In this document: positions 37,802 through 47,857 of the stretch, in pieces
How the letters are laid out: each line of letters begins with the position of its first letter
Position numbering within the stretch: the first letter of the stretch is position 1
From: Methanofastidiosum sp.
Lineage (GTDB): Archaea; Methanobacteriota_B; Thermococci; Methanofastidiosales; Methanofastidiosaceae
Direction of reading: 5' to 3'
DNA length: 64,000 nucleotides
NCBI GenBank assembly: GCA_041678455.1
Contig: JBAYOH010000002.1
Span: forward strand, 4,482 to 68,481
Notes under the pieces: generated by a model
Database searches by the model: none
Told to the model about the DNA's origin: nothing
What the model saw: only the letters and a program-made list of their open reading frames with translations
Translations under genes and position numbers: made by a program

Positions 37802-40606
37802 ATGCCATTTGAAAACAAGAAAATAGATGAATTGGCTGAAAAAATATCCAAAATTGAAACTTCTAACGAAGAGAGAATTGTAGAAGTATCTAGACTGCTT
37901 GACGGATATAAAGAATTTCTCGATAGATTAAAATCATATAATGTTGAAGCTCTTAAACAGTGGGAAATTGAAAACTTTGAAGAAAAACTTCAGCAGATTA
38001 TAGAAAACGTCGATATTATTAGTGACAAAGAGGGTACTGAATTAGAGGAACAAAAAATCTATGACGATATTGATGAGCTAAAAGTTATTGTCTGGGATAT
38101 TCAGAAAAAGATTGACTCAAATTTATTAGAGTTTAAACATAGGATCGATGAAACAGAAAAAGAGCAGGAACTTTCACTTATTAATTTTTTAAGAAAGGTA
38201 AAAAATAAAGAAGAGGCTTTTACAGAGCAGTATATTCTTGACAATTACACTGAAGTCCTGGAAATATTCTCACTCCTTGATGTAGAAAATAAGAAACTTC
38301 CAAAAACTGTATCCCCAGAGATTGAAAGTGAGATAAACAGATACCTATCTAAGATTGAAGAAAAACTTGAGAAAGCTGAGAATTTCCTGAAAAAGGATTA
38401 TGAGATGTTTCTAAAGGAAATTGAGGAAAAGAACAGGTACTTGAACGTCCAATATATTTCAGAAAACTTTGATGAAACTAGAGAAATTTACTCTTCATTA
38501 CTTGAAAAGAAGAGACAACTTAAAGGCGGAAGAGCTACTCTTATTGATAATAACCTTAAAATTTTAAGTGAGAGGATAAAAGAAATAGAAGATAGGAAAA
38601 GAATTGATCTCTTAACTATCCTTGATGATGTTGAAAAACTTCTTCCTATTTTTACAGAACAATATATATTAGAAAATCCTATAGATTCACGGACAGTTTA
38701 TGAGAAATATAGCAAAATAGGAAATTCTCTGAAAGGATCAATCGACTCTAAAATTGAAGAAAAAGTTAGAAACTCTATCGATAATTTGCTTTCAAGAATA
38801 GAAAATGTTGAAAAAAGAGAAATTGAAAATCTTTCTTTTGTCTATGATAGAACCGGAAGGGCACTTGAAAAATATACTGAGGATTACATTACAGGAAATT
38901 TATCCGAGGCGGAGAGAACTTATGTTGCATTATCAAGGGACATGGAAAGATTATACCCAAGATTCTCAAATGACCTAAGTAAGAATATTGAGAAAAACTT
39001 AAATGATTTGTACTTGAGAGTTAAAAATATTGAAGCAATCAAGAAAAGAGAACTTGAGAACTTTTTAGAGAATTCGTACAAAGCTTTGGAAGAATTTGAT
39101 TATTCCAAGATTAATACAGATTTAGAATCTGCTAGACAGATGTATCACAAACTTCTTGAAGAAAAAGCAAAATTGCCTGCAGACCTTGAAATTGTAATTG
39201 AAAGTAATTTATCCGAAATACAGGAAAAAGTTATCAAAACTGAAGAAGCCAAAATCAAAATACTAGAGGATTTCTTGGAGAAGACAATTAATAATTTAGA
39301 GAAGTATCCCAAGGAACACATAGATGTGAACATCAAAGAAGCAGTTTTTATATACAACAGCCTTAGAAGAGAGCAAAAAAATCTCCCTGTTGGGGTTGAC
39401 TATGAACTTGAAAAGGCAATCAATGTAAATCTTAATGTCTTTGATAACAGAATAAAAGAAATCGAAGATGGAAAGAAGGGTTACGTTGATGAATTTATTG
39501 AATATCTCAATAAGAAAATGGGAGACTTCACAGAAGAAAAAATATTGGACAATTTAATAAGAGCGAAGGAGGATTTCCAGAATCTTTTGAAGGAAAAAGA
39601 AGACATTGTAGTATTTGCGAATTCAGAACAAGAAATAGAGATAGAGAGAAAGATAGAAAAGATAAGTGCAATTCTAAAAGATGTACAAGGAGACGAGCTT
39701 CAAAAGATTGATATTCTTTTGAGACGGGCACAAACTTTTGACATTAAATTTGATCAGGGCTATATCAACTCAAATCTCTTTGAGGTGAGGGATCTTTACA
39801 GAGACCTAATGAAAACAAGAAATGAAATCCTTTCTATAATAGCTGAAGATAAAAGGGATGAAATTGATGAAATCCTTGCAAGACTCAAGAAAAGAGTAGA
39901 GCACGCTGAGATAGTGAAAGAAGAAGAACTTCAATACTTTATTAGAAGAGTCAAAGGATTATTAGAAAAGTACAGTTTCGCACAGATTCTAAGGAGTACC
40001 GCTGAAGCTAAAGATGAATATCAGACCTTGATTAAAGAAAAGCAGGGACTCTTACTAGAGTATGATGATCAGCTAAGGCTTGAAATAGAGGCTTTGATGT
40101 CTGAATTCAGCAATAGAATCAAAGACGCTGAAAAAGAGATTGTTCAGAGCAAGATCGACAAGATAGTTAACAAAATTGGTGGTTTTATTACAAGATACTC
40201 CTATGTTGAGCCTTCAGATAAGGCTCTAGTTATGGAAATGATAGGCGAATACAAGGACATAGTTGCTAATTATAAACAGTTTGAAAATGAACTAGATATG
40301 AAATCTCAAGAGCTCTTAAAAGAAAGAATTCAACAGTGCCAGAATCTCATAAAACAAATAGATTACGAAATTCAGTATGAACGAGACATCATGGAGATAA
40401 GAGAAGGTTGCACAGAATTTATTAAAATGTACAAAGACAGAGAAGTCCTGCTTTCTAAAATTTGGGATGCCCAGAACAGATACAATTCTCTGCTTCAAAA
40501 ATTTGAGAGCATCCCATTCCATAAAGATTCTGCAACTGAACACGAGATAGTAAAGAAGTTGCAGATTTGTTACGGATTAATTGACAAATCCTTTAAGGGA
40601 CTCTAA
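37802..40606 (+). CDS. Tandem-repeat coiled-coil protein of 934 aa, unknown function
   Basis: No signal peptide and no Walker motifs. About ten 72-aa repeats share the pattern TEQYILDN...LP....E..I...L..I.E....E....LEKY. Confidence 0.5.
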   Translation: MPFENKKIDELAEKISKIETSNEERIVEVSRLLDGYKEFLDRLKSYNVEALKQWEIENFEEKLQQIIENVDIISDKEGTELEEQKIYDDIDELKVIVWDIQKKIDSNLLEFKHRIDETEKEQELSLINFLRKVKNKEEAFTEQYILDNYTEVLEIFSLLDVENKKLPKTVSPEIESEINRYLSKIEEKLEKAENFLKKDYEMFLKEIEEKNRYLNVQYISENFDETREIYSSLLEKKRQLKGGRATLIDNNLKILSERIKEIEDRKRIDLLTILDDVEKLLPIFTEQYILENPIDSRTVYEKYSKIGNSLKGSIDSKIEEKVRNSIDNLLSRIENVEKREIENLSFVYDRTGRALEKYTEDYITGNLSEAERTYVALSRDMERLYPRFSNDLSKNIEKNLNDLYLRVKNIEAIKKRELENFLENSYKALEEFDYSKINTDLESARQMYHKLLEEKAKLPADLEIVIESNLSEIQEKVIKTEEAKIKILEDFLEKTINNLEKYPKEHIDVNIKEAVFIYNSLRREQKNLPVGVDYELEKAINVNLNVFDNRIKEIEDGKKGYVDEFIEYLNKKMGDFTEEKILDNLIRAKEDFQNLLKEKEDIVVFANSEQEIEIERKIEKISAILKDVQGDELQKIDILLRRAQTFDIKFDQGYINSNLFEVRDLYRDLMKTRNEILSIIAEDKRDEIDEILARLKKRVEHAEIVKEEELQYFIRRVKGLLEKYSFAQILRSTAEAKDEYQTLIKEKQGLLLEYDDQLRLEIEALMSEFSNRIKDAEKEIVQSKIDKIVNKIGGFITRYSYVEPSDKALVMEMIGEYKDIVANYKQFENELDMKSQELLKERIQQCQNLIKQIDYEIQYERDIMEIREGCTEFIKMYKDREVLLSKIWDAQNRYNSLLQKFESIPFHKDSATEHEIVKKLQICYGLIDKSFKGL

Positions 40607-40621
40607 AGAGATAAAGATCAT

Positions 40622-41815
40622 ATGATATTGAAAACTTCTAAGGAGATTCTAAGAGAGATTATTCTCTGTGATCATTGCCTTGGAAGACAGTTTGGAAAGA
40701 TTTCAACATCTACAAATGAAAGACGGGGCAAAGTAATAAGAAATTTATTGAATCTTGAACTACCAGCTAATTTTAACAAACAAAAACCTTGTTTTCTCTG
40801 TGACAATATTTTTGAAAGGGCAGAGAACATTGTAAAAAATATATCCCCTGATTTTGAGTTTTTTACATTTCATGCGGGCACAAAGATTCCTGAAGAAATC
40901 ATAAAAAAAGAGGAAATGCTAAAAGAGAAATATGGTCTTCAGTACCAAGAAAGTATCAAACAAGAGCTAAATAGAGAACTTGGAAAGGAGATAGGGGCAA
41001 TCATGGGAAAAGAATTCAAAAGAGAAAAAGAAGACGTAACTATACTCCTGCACCCATACGATTCAAAAGTTGAGTATGTTATTAATCCATTATTTATTTA
41101 TGGTCGATATAACAAGTTAGTTAGGGGAATCCCACAAACCAAATGGTTCTGCACAAAATGCAAAGGCCGTGGATGCCCAAAGTGTGGCAATACTGGAAAA
41201 ATGTATGATGTAAGCGTTGAGGAGTTGATATCCGAGTTGTTCTTAAAAGAAACTAAAGGTGCAAATTCATCTTTTCATGGCGCAGGTAGAGAAGACATCG
41301 ATGTTTTAATGCTTGGAAATGGTAGACCATTTGTTCTAGAAATAAAATCCCCAAAAATCCGAGATATTGATCTTCAAACGCTGAAACTAGAAGTAAATCG
41401 AATGAATGAAGGGAAAGTAAAAATTTCAGATCTTTGCTTTGTTGAAAAGAAAGTAGTTGAGAAAATAAAAAATACCCATATGAAAAAAACTTACTTGGCA
41501 GAGATTGATGTATGTCTAACTGACGAAGAAAAGAAAAAAATAGAGAAATTTTTCATAGACAGAGACATATATCAAGAGACTCCAAACAGAGTTGTGCATA
41601 GAAGAGCGGATAAAACAAGAATTAGAAAGGTTTATAAAGTTCTTACTTCTAAGGAAAATTGCTCGTCACTAGAGATATACTGTGATGGTGGACTTTATAT
41701 AAAAGAACTTATCTCTGGGGATGATGAGAGAACAAATCCCAGTATTGCAGAATTATTGGGTAAGAATATAAAGTGTGTATTGCTAGATGTAAATAGTATT
41801 GAAGAGAAGGTGTAA
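40622..41815 (+). CDS. pus10: tRNA pseudouridine(54/55) synthase Pus10
   Basis: N-terminal Zn-ribbon CDHC...CFLC followed by THUMP-like and catalytic domains. 397 aa. Confidence 0.8.
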   Translation: MILKTSKEILREIILCDHCLGRQFGKISTSTNERRGKVIRNLLNLELPANFNKQKPCFLCDNIFERAENIVKNISPDFEFFTFHAGTKIPEEIIKKEEMLKEKYGLQYQESIKQELNRELGKEIGAIMGKEFKREKEDVTILLHPYDSKVEYVINPLFIYGRYNKLVRGIPQTKWFCTKCKGRGCPKCGNTGKMYDVSVEELISELFLKETKGANSSFHGAGREDIDVLMLGNGRPFVLEIKSPKIRDIDLQTLKLEVNRMNEGKVKISDLCFVEKKVVEKIKNTHMKKTYLAEIDVCLTDEEKKKIEKFFIDRDIYQETPNRVVHRRADKTRIRKVYKVLTSKENCSSLEIYCDGGLYIKELISGDDERTNPSIAELLGKNIKCVLLDVNSIEEKV

Positions 41816-41817
41816 TA

Positions 41818-42114
41818 ATGACTAAAAAATCTCATGGTTTCAGAATAAAGACAAGAGGTAAACTATCAAAAAATGTGAGAACAAGGGGAAAAGTTCCTGT
41901 ATCAAGAATCCTTCAGGTATTTGATGTAGGAGACTCCGTTCACGTTATTTTAGAACCGTCTGTCCACAAAGGCATGCCTTTTCCAAGATTTCATGGAAAA
42001 ACGGGTAAGGTAGTTGGAAAGAGGGGTTCAGCTTATCTACTTTCCGTAATGGATGGAAATAAAGAAAAGACTGTTATTTCAAGACCTGAACACATGAAGA
42101 AACAGGTATTTTAA
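41818..42114 (+). CDS. rpl21e: Ribosomal protein L21e
   Basis: HGFRIKTRGKL...VGDSVHV. Confidence 0.85.
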   Translation: MTKKSHGFRIKTRGKLSKNVRTRGKVPVSRILQVFDVGDSVHVILEPSVHKGMPFPRFHGKTGKVVGKRGSAYLLSVMDGNKEKTVISRPEHMKKQVF

Positions 42115-42127
42115 TAGAGGTTCTTTC

Positions 42128-42469
42128 ATGATAGGAAAGGAAATAATCTCTGAAGATATTGTTCCAATAACAAAAGTAAAAGAGATACTTTCCAGTAGAG
42201 CTGAAAAAATCGAATTGGGATATGAACAAGGAATTTCATTAGATTACACAAATAAATTCAGCAAACTGGAAATTGAGGATATAGAAAAAGTTATCGTAGA
42301 GCTTACCGAAAAAGTTCCAAGATTAAAAAAGGAAAATATAATTAAAATAGTTGATATTGTTCCAGAAGACAAGAAAGACATTGAAGTAATATTCTCAAAA
42401 GAAAGGTTAATATTGGATGAAGATGAAGTTAAATCCATATTGGAAATTATTGCAAAATATAAAAAATAA
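42128..42469 (+). CDS. rpoF: RNA polymerase subunit Rpo4/F (RpoF)-like
   Basis: 113 aa and acidic. It occupies the conserved L21e-RpoF-DUF655 position. Confidence 0.5.
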   Translation: MIGKEIISEDIVPITKVKEILSSRAEKIELGYEQGISLDYTNKFSKLEIEDIEKVIVELTEKVPRLKKENIIKIVDIVPEDKKDIEVIFSKERLILDEDEVKSILEIIAKYKK

Positions 42470-43057
42470 GTGAAATTTATGATGGTGAGAACTAGCATTT
42501 TTGAGGAGTATGGGATAGTTCTGGATTATCTCCCACAAGGTTTTCCAGGCGAGAATCTCCCGCCTCATAAGAGAACACCTATTGCACATATAATAGGTGA
42601 AAATTATTTCTCATTGCTAGAGGTAGTTCCATCAGAAGATCTTTCAATGTATGAAAGAGTATTTATAGGAAAAGGGAAAAGGGACAAAATAGTCCGAGTT
42701 AAAAAAAGACTTCGCTACAATGAGCTAAGTGCAACTGCAAAGGGCGAATTAAAATTTATTGTTGAGAAGATAGTGTCTGAAAATGAGCAAAAATTTGTCG
42801 AGTTTTTCACTACTTCAGGCCCTATATCAATTAGGTATCACAAACTTGAGCTTTTGCCAGGGCTTGGGAAAAAATTAATGAATGAGATCCTAGAAAAAAG
42901 GAAAAATGGGCCATTCGAATCATTTAGTGATATAAAAGAAAGAGTTCCATCTATACCAGATCCAAAAAAAATGATTATAAATAGGATAATCAATGAGTTG
43001 CAAGAAGTTGATAGATATTCTATTTTTGTAAGCAGGCCCCCAAAAGAGATGGAATGA
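42470..43057 (+). CDS. DUF655-family protein
   Basis: 195 aa in the conserved position between rpoF and ksgA in archaea. Confidence 0.55.
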   Translation: MKFMMVRTSIFEEYGIVLDYLPQGFPGENLPPHKRTPIAHIIGENYFSLLEVVPSEDLSMYERVFIGKGKRDKIVRVKKRLRYNELSATAKGELKFIVEKIVSENEQKFVEFFTTSGPISIRYHKLELLPGLGKKLMNEILEKRKNGPFESFSDIKERVPSIPDPKKMIINRIINELQEVDRYSIFVSRPPKEME

Positions 43058-43845
43058 TACCGGACAGACTTTTTTATCTTTTGAACAAATACAAAATAAG
43101 GCCATCTAAAAACTTTTCTCAAAATTTTCTCATTTCTGATGAAGTCTTAAGATTCATGGCCTCCTATGGCAAAGGAAAAGTCCTTGAGATAGGCCCAGGT
43201 TTGGGATTTCTAACAGAAAGACTATCTAAGGTATGCGACAAAGTCGTTGCTGTAGAAATGGATAAGAATCTTGTCAATATTCTCAAACAGGAGTATAATT
43301 TTGATAATGTTGAAATAGTCTGCGATGACTTCCTAAAGTTTGAAGACAAAAATTTTGATACAGTTGTTTCGAGTATTCCTTATGCCATATCCTCACAGAT
43401 AACATTCAAATTATTTGAAATGAATTTTGAATCTGCAACAATATTGTATCAAAAAGAGTTTGCAAGGAGATTTATTTCTAACCCAGGTGAAGATGATTAT
43501 TCCAGATTATCCGTAATGTCTAAAATATATTCAGAAATTGAGATTCTACGAGACGTGCCCCCTTCGGCCTTTTATCCTGAGCCAAAGGTGTGGTCTTCTA
43601 TAGCCCACATCACCCTGAATAAAAAATTTGAAATAAATGATATCTTTGAAAGCACAGCCAAGGCCCTTTTTACACACAGAAATAAAATTGTCCACAAGGC
43701 AGTCTACCATTCAAGGGACATATTCGGGAAAGGAAAAGAATTCAAGCAATCACTCGATGAAATTCCTTATAAGGATAGGAGAGTATATACCCTAGATATC
43801 TTTGAAATAAAAGATATAAGTGATTGGCTTGAAGGGATATTATGA
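43054..43845 (+). CDS. ksgA: 16S rRNA (adenine1518/1519-N6) dimethyltransferase KsgA/Dim1
   Basis: FSQNFLISDEV...VLEIGPGLGFLTERL is the SAM-binding motif. Confidence 0.85.
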   Translation: MIPDRLFYLLNKYKIRPSKNFSQNFLISDEVLRFMASYGKGKVLEIGPGLGFLTERLSKVCDKVVAVEMDKNLVNILKQEYNFDNVEIVCDDFLKFEDKNFDTVVSSIPYAISSQITFKLFEMNFESATILYQKEFARRFISNPGEDDYSRLSVMSKIYSEIEILRDVPPSAFYPEPKVWSSIAHITLNKKFEINDIFESTAKALFTHRNKIVHKAVYHSRDIFGKGKEFKQSLDEIPYKDRRVYTLDIFEIKDISDWLEGIL

Positions 43846-44795
43846 TTTTCTTTGATGATTTTGATAAAGAGATTAACCAGGTACTTGGAGATGTCAATTG
43901 TTTTATAGGTGATCTAGAAAAACCAATTTCTAATCTAGGGGTTACATTTCTTGACAAATTCAAGATTTCTCTAAAAGGATTCAATACGTTTCTTATTTTC
44001 CCATATTGGCTCTCAGACGGATTTGATATTAAGAGCAAAGAAGACGTTTCTAGAAAACTCTCTAATCTTGATGTTTATGGGATAATGCATTTGAGAATTA
44101 TTGATGACATACTGGACAATCCGGAAAAAATTGACAGGAACTTACTTCTTTTGTCCAACATCTGTGAATTCAAGATGTATGAGATATGTTTTAAGCTAAT
44201 AGGAAGAAATGAAAGTTTTTTGAAAGATCTGGAAGATACTCTAACATATTTCTCAAATGCAGTTCTTTATGAAAAACAACATTATATCTATAAAGGCCTA
44301 TTGACAGAGGAAATGAAAAACTATAATTATGAACTTATGGCAAGAAAGGCATTCCATTTGAGAATCCCTATTTTATCGTATTTGTATCTTGAAGGGTCAA
44401 ATGAAAATAAAAGAAAAGATTTTTTTTCCATGATGGAATGCTGGGGGACTTCGATGCAGCTGTTTAATGATGTTCTTGGGTGGAAAGATGACTTTACTTC
44501 TGGCCAAATAACTTATCCACTTGTTAAAGTTATTGAGTATCTTGAAAATGAGAATTTAGTTGATGTAGGAAAAGCAGAAGTAATGGATATCGCTGCTGGA
44601 TTTATTGAAACTAATATTTTAGAGGATGCACTTGGCATTTCTCTAAAGTATCAAAAAATGGCGATTGAGTCTATAAAGAAATATAATATGCATTATTTAA
44701 ACGAATTTTTCGAAGATTCTTCAAACAAAATATCTTCAAGCATTGACAAATTTAAAAATAAAAGAGAGAATATACTAAAAGATATAATAAATTGA
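43842..44795 (+). CDS. Hypothetical alpha-helical protein with a DDxxD motif (isoprenoid-synthase-like?)
   Basis: HLRIIDDILDN resembles the polyprenyl/terpene synthase first Asp-rich motif. NDVLGWKDD lies about 120 aa downstream. The start overlaps the ksgA stop (ATGA). Confidence 0.35.
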   Translation: MIFFDDFDKEINQVLGDVNCFIGDLEKPISNLGVTFLDKFKISLKGFNTFLIFPYWLSDGFDIKSKEDVSRKLSNLDVYGIMHLRIIDDILDNPEKIDRNLLLLSNICEFKMYEICFKLIGRNESFLKDLEDTLTYFSNAVLYEKQHYIYKGLLTEEMKNYNYELMARKAFHLRIPILSYLYLEGSNENKRKDFFSMMECWGTSMQLFNDVLGWKDDFTSGQITYPLVKVIEYLENENLVDVGKAEVMDIAAGFIETNILEDALGISLKYQKMAIESIKKYNMHYLNEFFEDSSNKISSSIDKFKNKRENILKDIIN

Positions 44796-44981
44796 GAAAT
44801 TCGCAATGTTATTTAGTTAATCTTATAAGTTAATCATTAAAAAAATAGATGGTAGGTGATTTTATGGATAAAACTACACATGAATTAATTAAAATGTATA
44901 TTAAAGAGAATGAAGGAATCGGCGCAGTTTATTTATCAGAGCCAAACTTTTGGTTTGAAGCAGCAAGACTAAACTGTTGGT

Positions 44982-46835
44982 TTGCACAATAAGAATCCGA
45001 TCATTATGTATTATCTTATTTTTATTACTTTTTTTCTTAATTTAGTATGGGGGCTTTATGCTCTTAAATCCAATTATAAATCAAAAATAAATGTACTCTT
45101 TGCGATTCTAGCTTTTTTGATGGCCGGGATAATTATCACTAATGCGTTATTGATAGAAAGACCTTACCCACAATTGTGGAATAAATTAAATTTATTTTTT
45201 GTTATTTGGGTTCCAACTCTGTATTTAATGTGGAGTTCTAGTTTCTCAAAAATAAAATTAAGGATTAAAGAATATTTATTAGTAGCAATCAGTATATTTT
45301 TCACCTTAACTCTTGTAACGGATTTATTTATCAAAGATCTTTTATTGATTAATGGAAAACTTGAACAAATTCATGGTCCAATGTTTGATATATTCTTTTT
45401 ATACTACATAATTTGTTTTCTTTATGGCCTTTATCTACTTGTTATTGCATATAACTCAAATAGTTACTTTTCTGAAAAACAGAAATATTTACTCGTTTTT
45501 ATAGGGACATTAATACCTATTACCACAAGTATTACATTAAACTCTATAATCTACATAGGGAAATCAAAGGAAATTTTTGGTATTAACGAACTAATAGGAA
45601 ATACTATTGTTCTCCCCATAACAAATTCTTTAATGATGTTCTTATTTGGATATGCTGTTTTAAAATATGATTTTTTTAAGCCAGACTTAAGTCTTAAAGA
45701 GAAACTTGATTCTTTAAGGATAAAAATATTGTATATAACAAACATTATTATAATTGGATTGGGCATTATTATAAGTATTATTTTTATTGCGTATGGATAT
45801 TCTTTTGATAAAACTATCATTGAAACTTTATTTATTATTATAACTATTATTGTCTTGATCGACTTTTTTATTAATTACTTGCTGACTAGATATATTAATG
45901 AGAAAATAATAGTTCCAATTGAACGAATATCTAAACATGCGGTTGAAGTTGGAAAAGGAAACTTTAATCGGAAAGTAGGTTTCGAAGGTGAAGATGAAAT
46001 AGCATTTCTTTCAAGACAAATTGATGAGATGACTGAGAGATTGAATAAAACTTATCAAATAAGAGAAAATTTCAATAAAGCTCTCCAAATTGAAGTCCAG
46101 AATAAAACAGAAAAACTCCAAGAAGCTTACAATTGTTTAGAAGATTCAGACAAAGCAAAGAAAGATTTTATTGATGCAATAGCTCATGAGTTGTATAATC
46201 CTCTTGCAATCATTAGCGTAAGTAATGAATTTATTAATCTAGATAATATTGATCCGCATAACAAAAAAATGATAACTTCTATTCAAAGAAATGTACAAAG
46301 ATTAAGTTCTTTGGTCAAAGAACTTGAAGAGTTTACTTTGCTCGACCTCCAAAGTCAAAAACTTATTATTGAAAAATTTGACCTTAATGAATTAATAAAA
46401 ACAATAGCACAAGATTTTATTATTTTGGCAAATAAGAGAAAAATAGATCTATCTATAAGTTCTATTGGTAAAGACTTTGATTTAGAAGGAGACATAAAGA
46501 AGCTTACTAAAGTTTTTGTAAATCTTATAGAAAATGCAGTAAATTTCTCAAATGAGAACGGAGAAGTAATAATCAAAATAGAAGAAAAAGATCATACACT
46601 AGAAGTAAAGATCAAAGATAAAGGTGTTGGAATTCATGAAAAGGATATCAATAATATCTTTGAAAAATTTTATAGGGCAAAAGTAGATGATGAATTAAAA
46701 CAAGGCATAGGGCTTGGACTTCCAATCGCTTTAGATATCGTAACAAAACATGATGGAATAATAAACGTTGAATCAGAATACAAGAAAGGCAGTACATTTA
46801 CAGCTATATTGCCCAAAAAACATGTGATACTATGA
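44982..46835 (+). CDS. Sensor histidine kinase with an N-terminal polytopic membrane sensor
   Basis: About seven N-terminal TM helices. HAMP-like linker, HisKA (HELYNPLAII) and HATPase_c (GIGLGLPIALDIV). Confidence 0.75.
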   Translation: MHNKNPIIMYYLIFITFFLNLVWGLYALKSNYKSKINVLFAILAFLMAGIIITNALLIERPYPQLWNKLNLFFVIWVPTLYLMWSSSFSKIKLRIKEYLLVAISIFFTLTLVTDLFIKDLLLINGKLEQIHGPMFDIFFLYYIICFLYGLYLLVIAYNSNSYFSEKQKYLLVFIGTLIPITTSITLNSIIYIGKSKEIFGINELIGNTIVLPITNSLMMFLFGYAVLKYDFFKPDLSLKEKLDSLRIKILYITNIIIIGLGIIISIIFIAYGYSFDKTIIETLFIIITIIVLIDFFINYLLTRYINEKIIVPIERISKHAVEVGKGNFNRKVGFEGEDEIAFLSRQIDEMTERLNKTYQIRENFNKALQIEVQNKTEKLQEAYNCLEDSDKAKKDFIDAIAHELYNPLAIISVSNEFINLDNIDPHNKKMITSIQRNVQRLSSLVKELEEFTLLDLQSQKLIIEKFDLNELIKTIAQDFIILANKRKIDLSISSIGKDFDLEGDIKKLTKVFVNLIENAVNFSNENGEVIIKIEEKDHTLEVKIKDKGVGIHEKDINNIFEKFYRAKVDDELKQGIGLGLPIALDIVTKHDGIINVESEYKKGSTFTAILPKKHVIL

Positions 46836-47176
46836 TTTTTCACAGAAATGTTCAGGATATAAAAGAAAATAAAATTGAAGCGAATAACGCAAAAGGTGTT
46901 TCTATAACTACCTTGGTGGGGGAAGACCAAGGAGCAAGAAATTTCTATATGCGAATAATGAAAATTGAGAAAGAAGGATTTTCTCCGTATCACAAGCACG
47001 AGTGGGAACATGAAAACTTTATCCTAAAAGGTGAAGGATTTTTAAGGACTGAAAATGGCAAAAGCCCCGTAAAAAAAGGTGATGTTATTTACATCCCCCC
47101 AAATGAATTACATTGTTATATTAATATTGGAAATGATGACTTAGAAGTCATGTGCATAATCCCATCAATGCTTTAG
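46832..47176 (+). CDS. Cupin-domain protein
   Basis: 114 aa with cupin_2-like motifs (HKHEWEHENFILKGEG ... GDVIYIPPNELH). It overlaps the HK stop. Confidence 0.55.
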   Translation: MIFHRNVQDIKENKIEANNAKGVSITTLVGEDQGARNFYMRIMKIEKEGFSPYHKHEWEHENFILKGEGFLRTENGKSPVKKGDVIYIPPNELHCYINIGNDDLEVMCIIPSML

Positions 47177-47854
47177 GAAATCCTGGACCATATTCATAGT
47201 TTCTTTGTATCCATCAATTGGTATTTCTGCCCTGTTTCCAATTTCACCTTCAATTCTCAAAACTCCATGGATCCCACAAAACATCCCCTCAGATACTTGA
47301 CCATAAAATTCCTTTGGCGGTAAAATAGAAACAGCAACAATATCTCCGTCCTTAATAGACATATCATTTGTCAAAACAGTAATGGCTCTTTTGATGTCAA
47401 CATTACATATTAAAAGAGAATCAGATACCTTTGAAACTGAAAGAATTTTGCCAACGAGAGTATCTATGCCATATTTATTATCTAGCTTGATTCTTTTATC
47501 GACAAAATATAAGGTATTCATGGAGAAAATAATCTTAGCAATGCCCATTTTCGTAGAGATTTTATTTTCTTTTCTTGAATTAGAAAGGAAATTTGAGCTC
47601 CAACCTTCTCCAAGTGCTAATTGAAGTTTAGATATTTTTTCTCTGATCGGCATAGTGATATCACTTATATCCTCTTTTTCTGCATATGAAAATTTAATTG
47701 CCATTATGTCTGATTTAATTGAATCAGTAATTTGGAGCGCATCTTTCTTTTTCCATACCCCTTCAAATCTTGTGTTTTCTAATGCCTTCTTAAGAAGTTC
47801 TAATGCCTTTTCAGCCACAAGTATATTTATGTTATTTTGAGTATCCATACGCAA
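47165..47854 (-). CDS. Protein with a C-terminal OB-fold tRNA-binding domain (Myf/EMAP-II/Trbp111-like)
   Basis: The C-terminus VGKILSVSKV...IVAVSILPPKEFYGQVSEGMFCG matches the tRNA-binding-domain pattern, including SxGMLC. The N-terminal 110 aa are unknown. Confidence 0.55.
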   Translation of the reverse strand: MRMDTQNNINILVAEKALELLKKALENTRFEGVWKKKDALQITDSIKSDIMAIKFSYAEKEDISDITMPIREKISKLQLALGEGWSSNFLSNSRKENKISTKMGIAKIIFSMNTLYFVDKRIKLDNKYGIDTLVGKILSVSKVSDSLLICNVDIKRAITVLTNDMSIKDGDIVAVSILPPKEFYGQVSEGMFCGIHGVLRIEGEIGNRAEIPIDGYKETMNMVQDFLKH

Positions 47855-47857
47855 TCC

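Noticed and set aside
37802-40606. The 934-aa coiled-coil protein as an SMC/Rad50-type ATPase.
   Set aside because: No Walker A/B or signature motif at either end. The whole length is made of 72-aa repeats.
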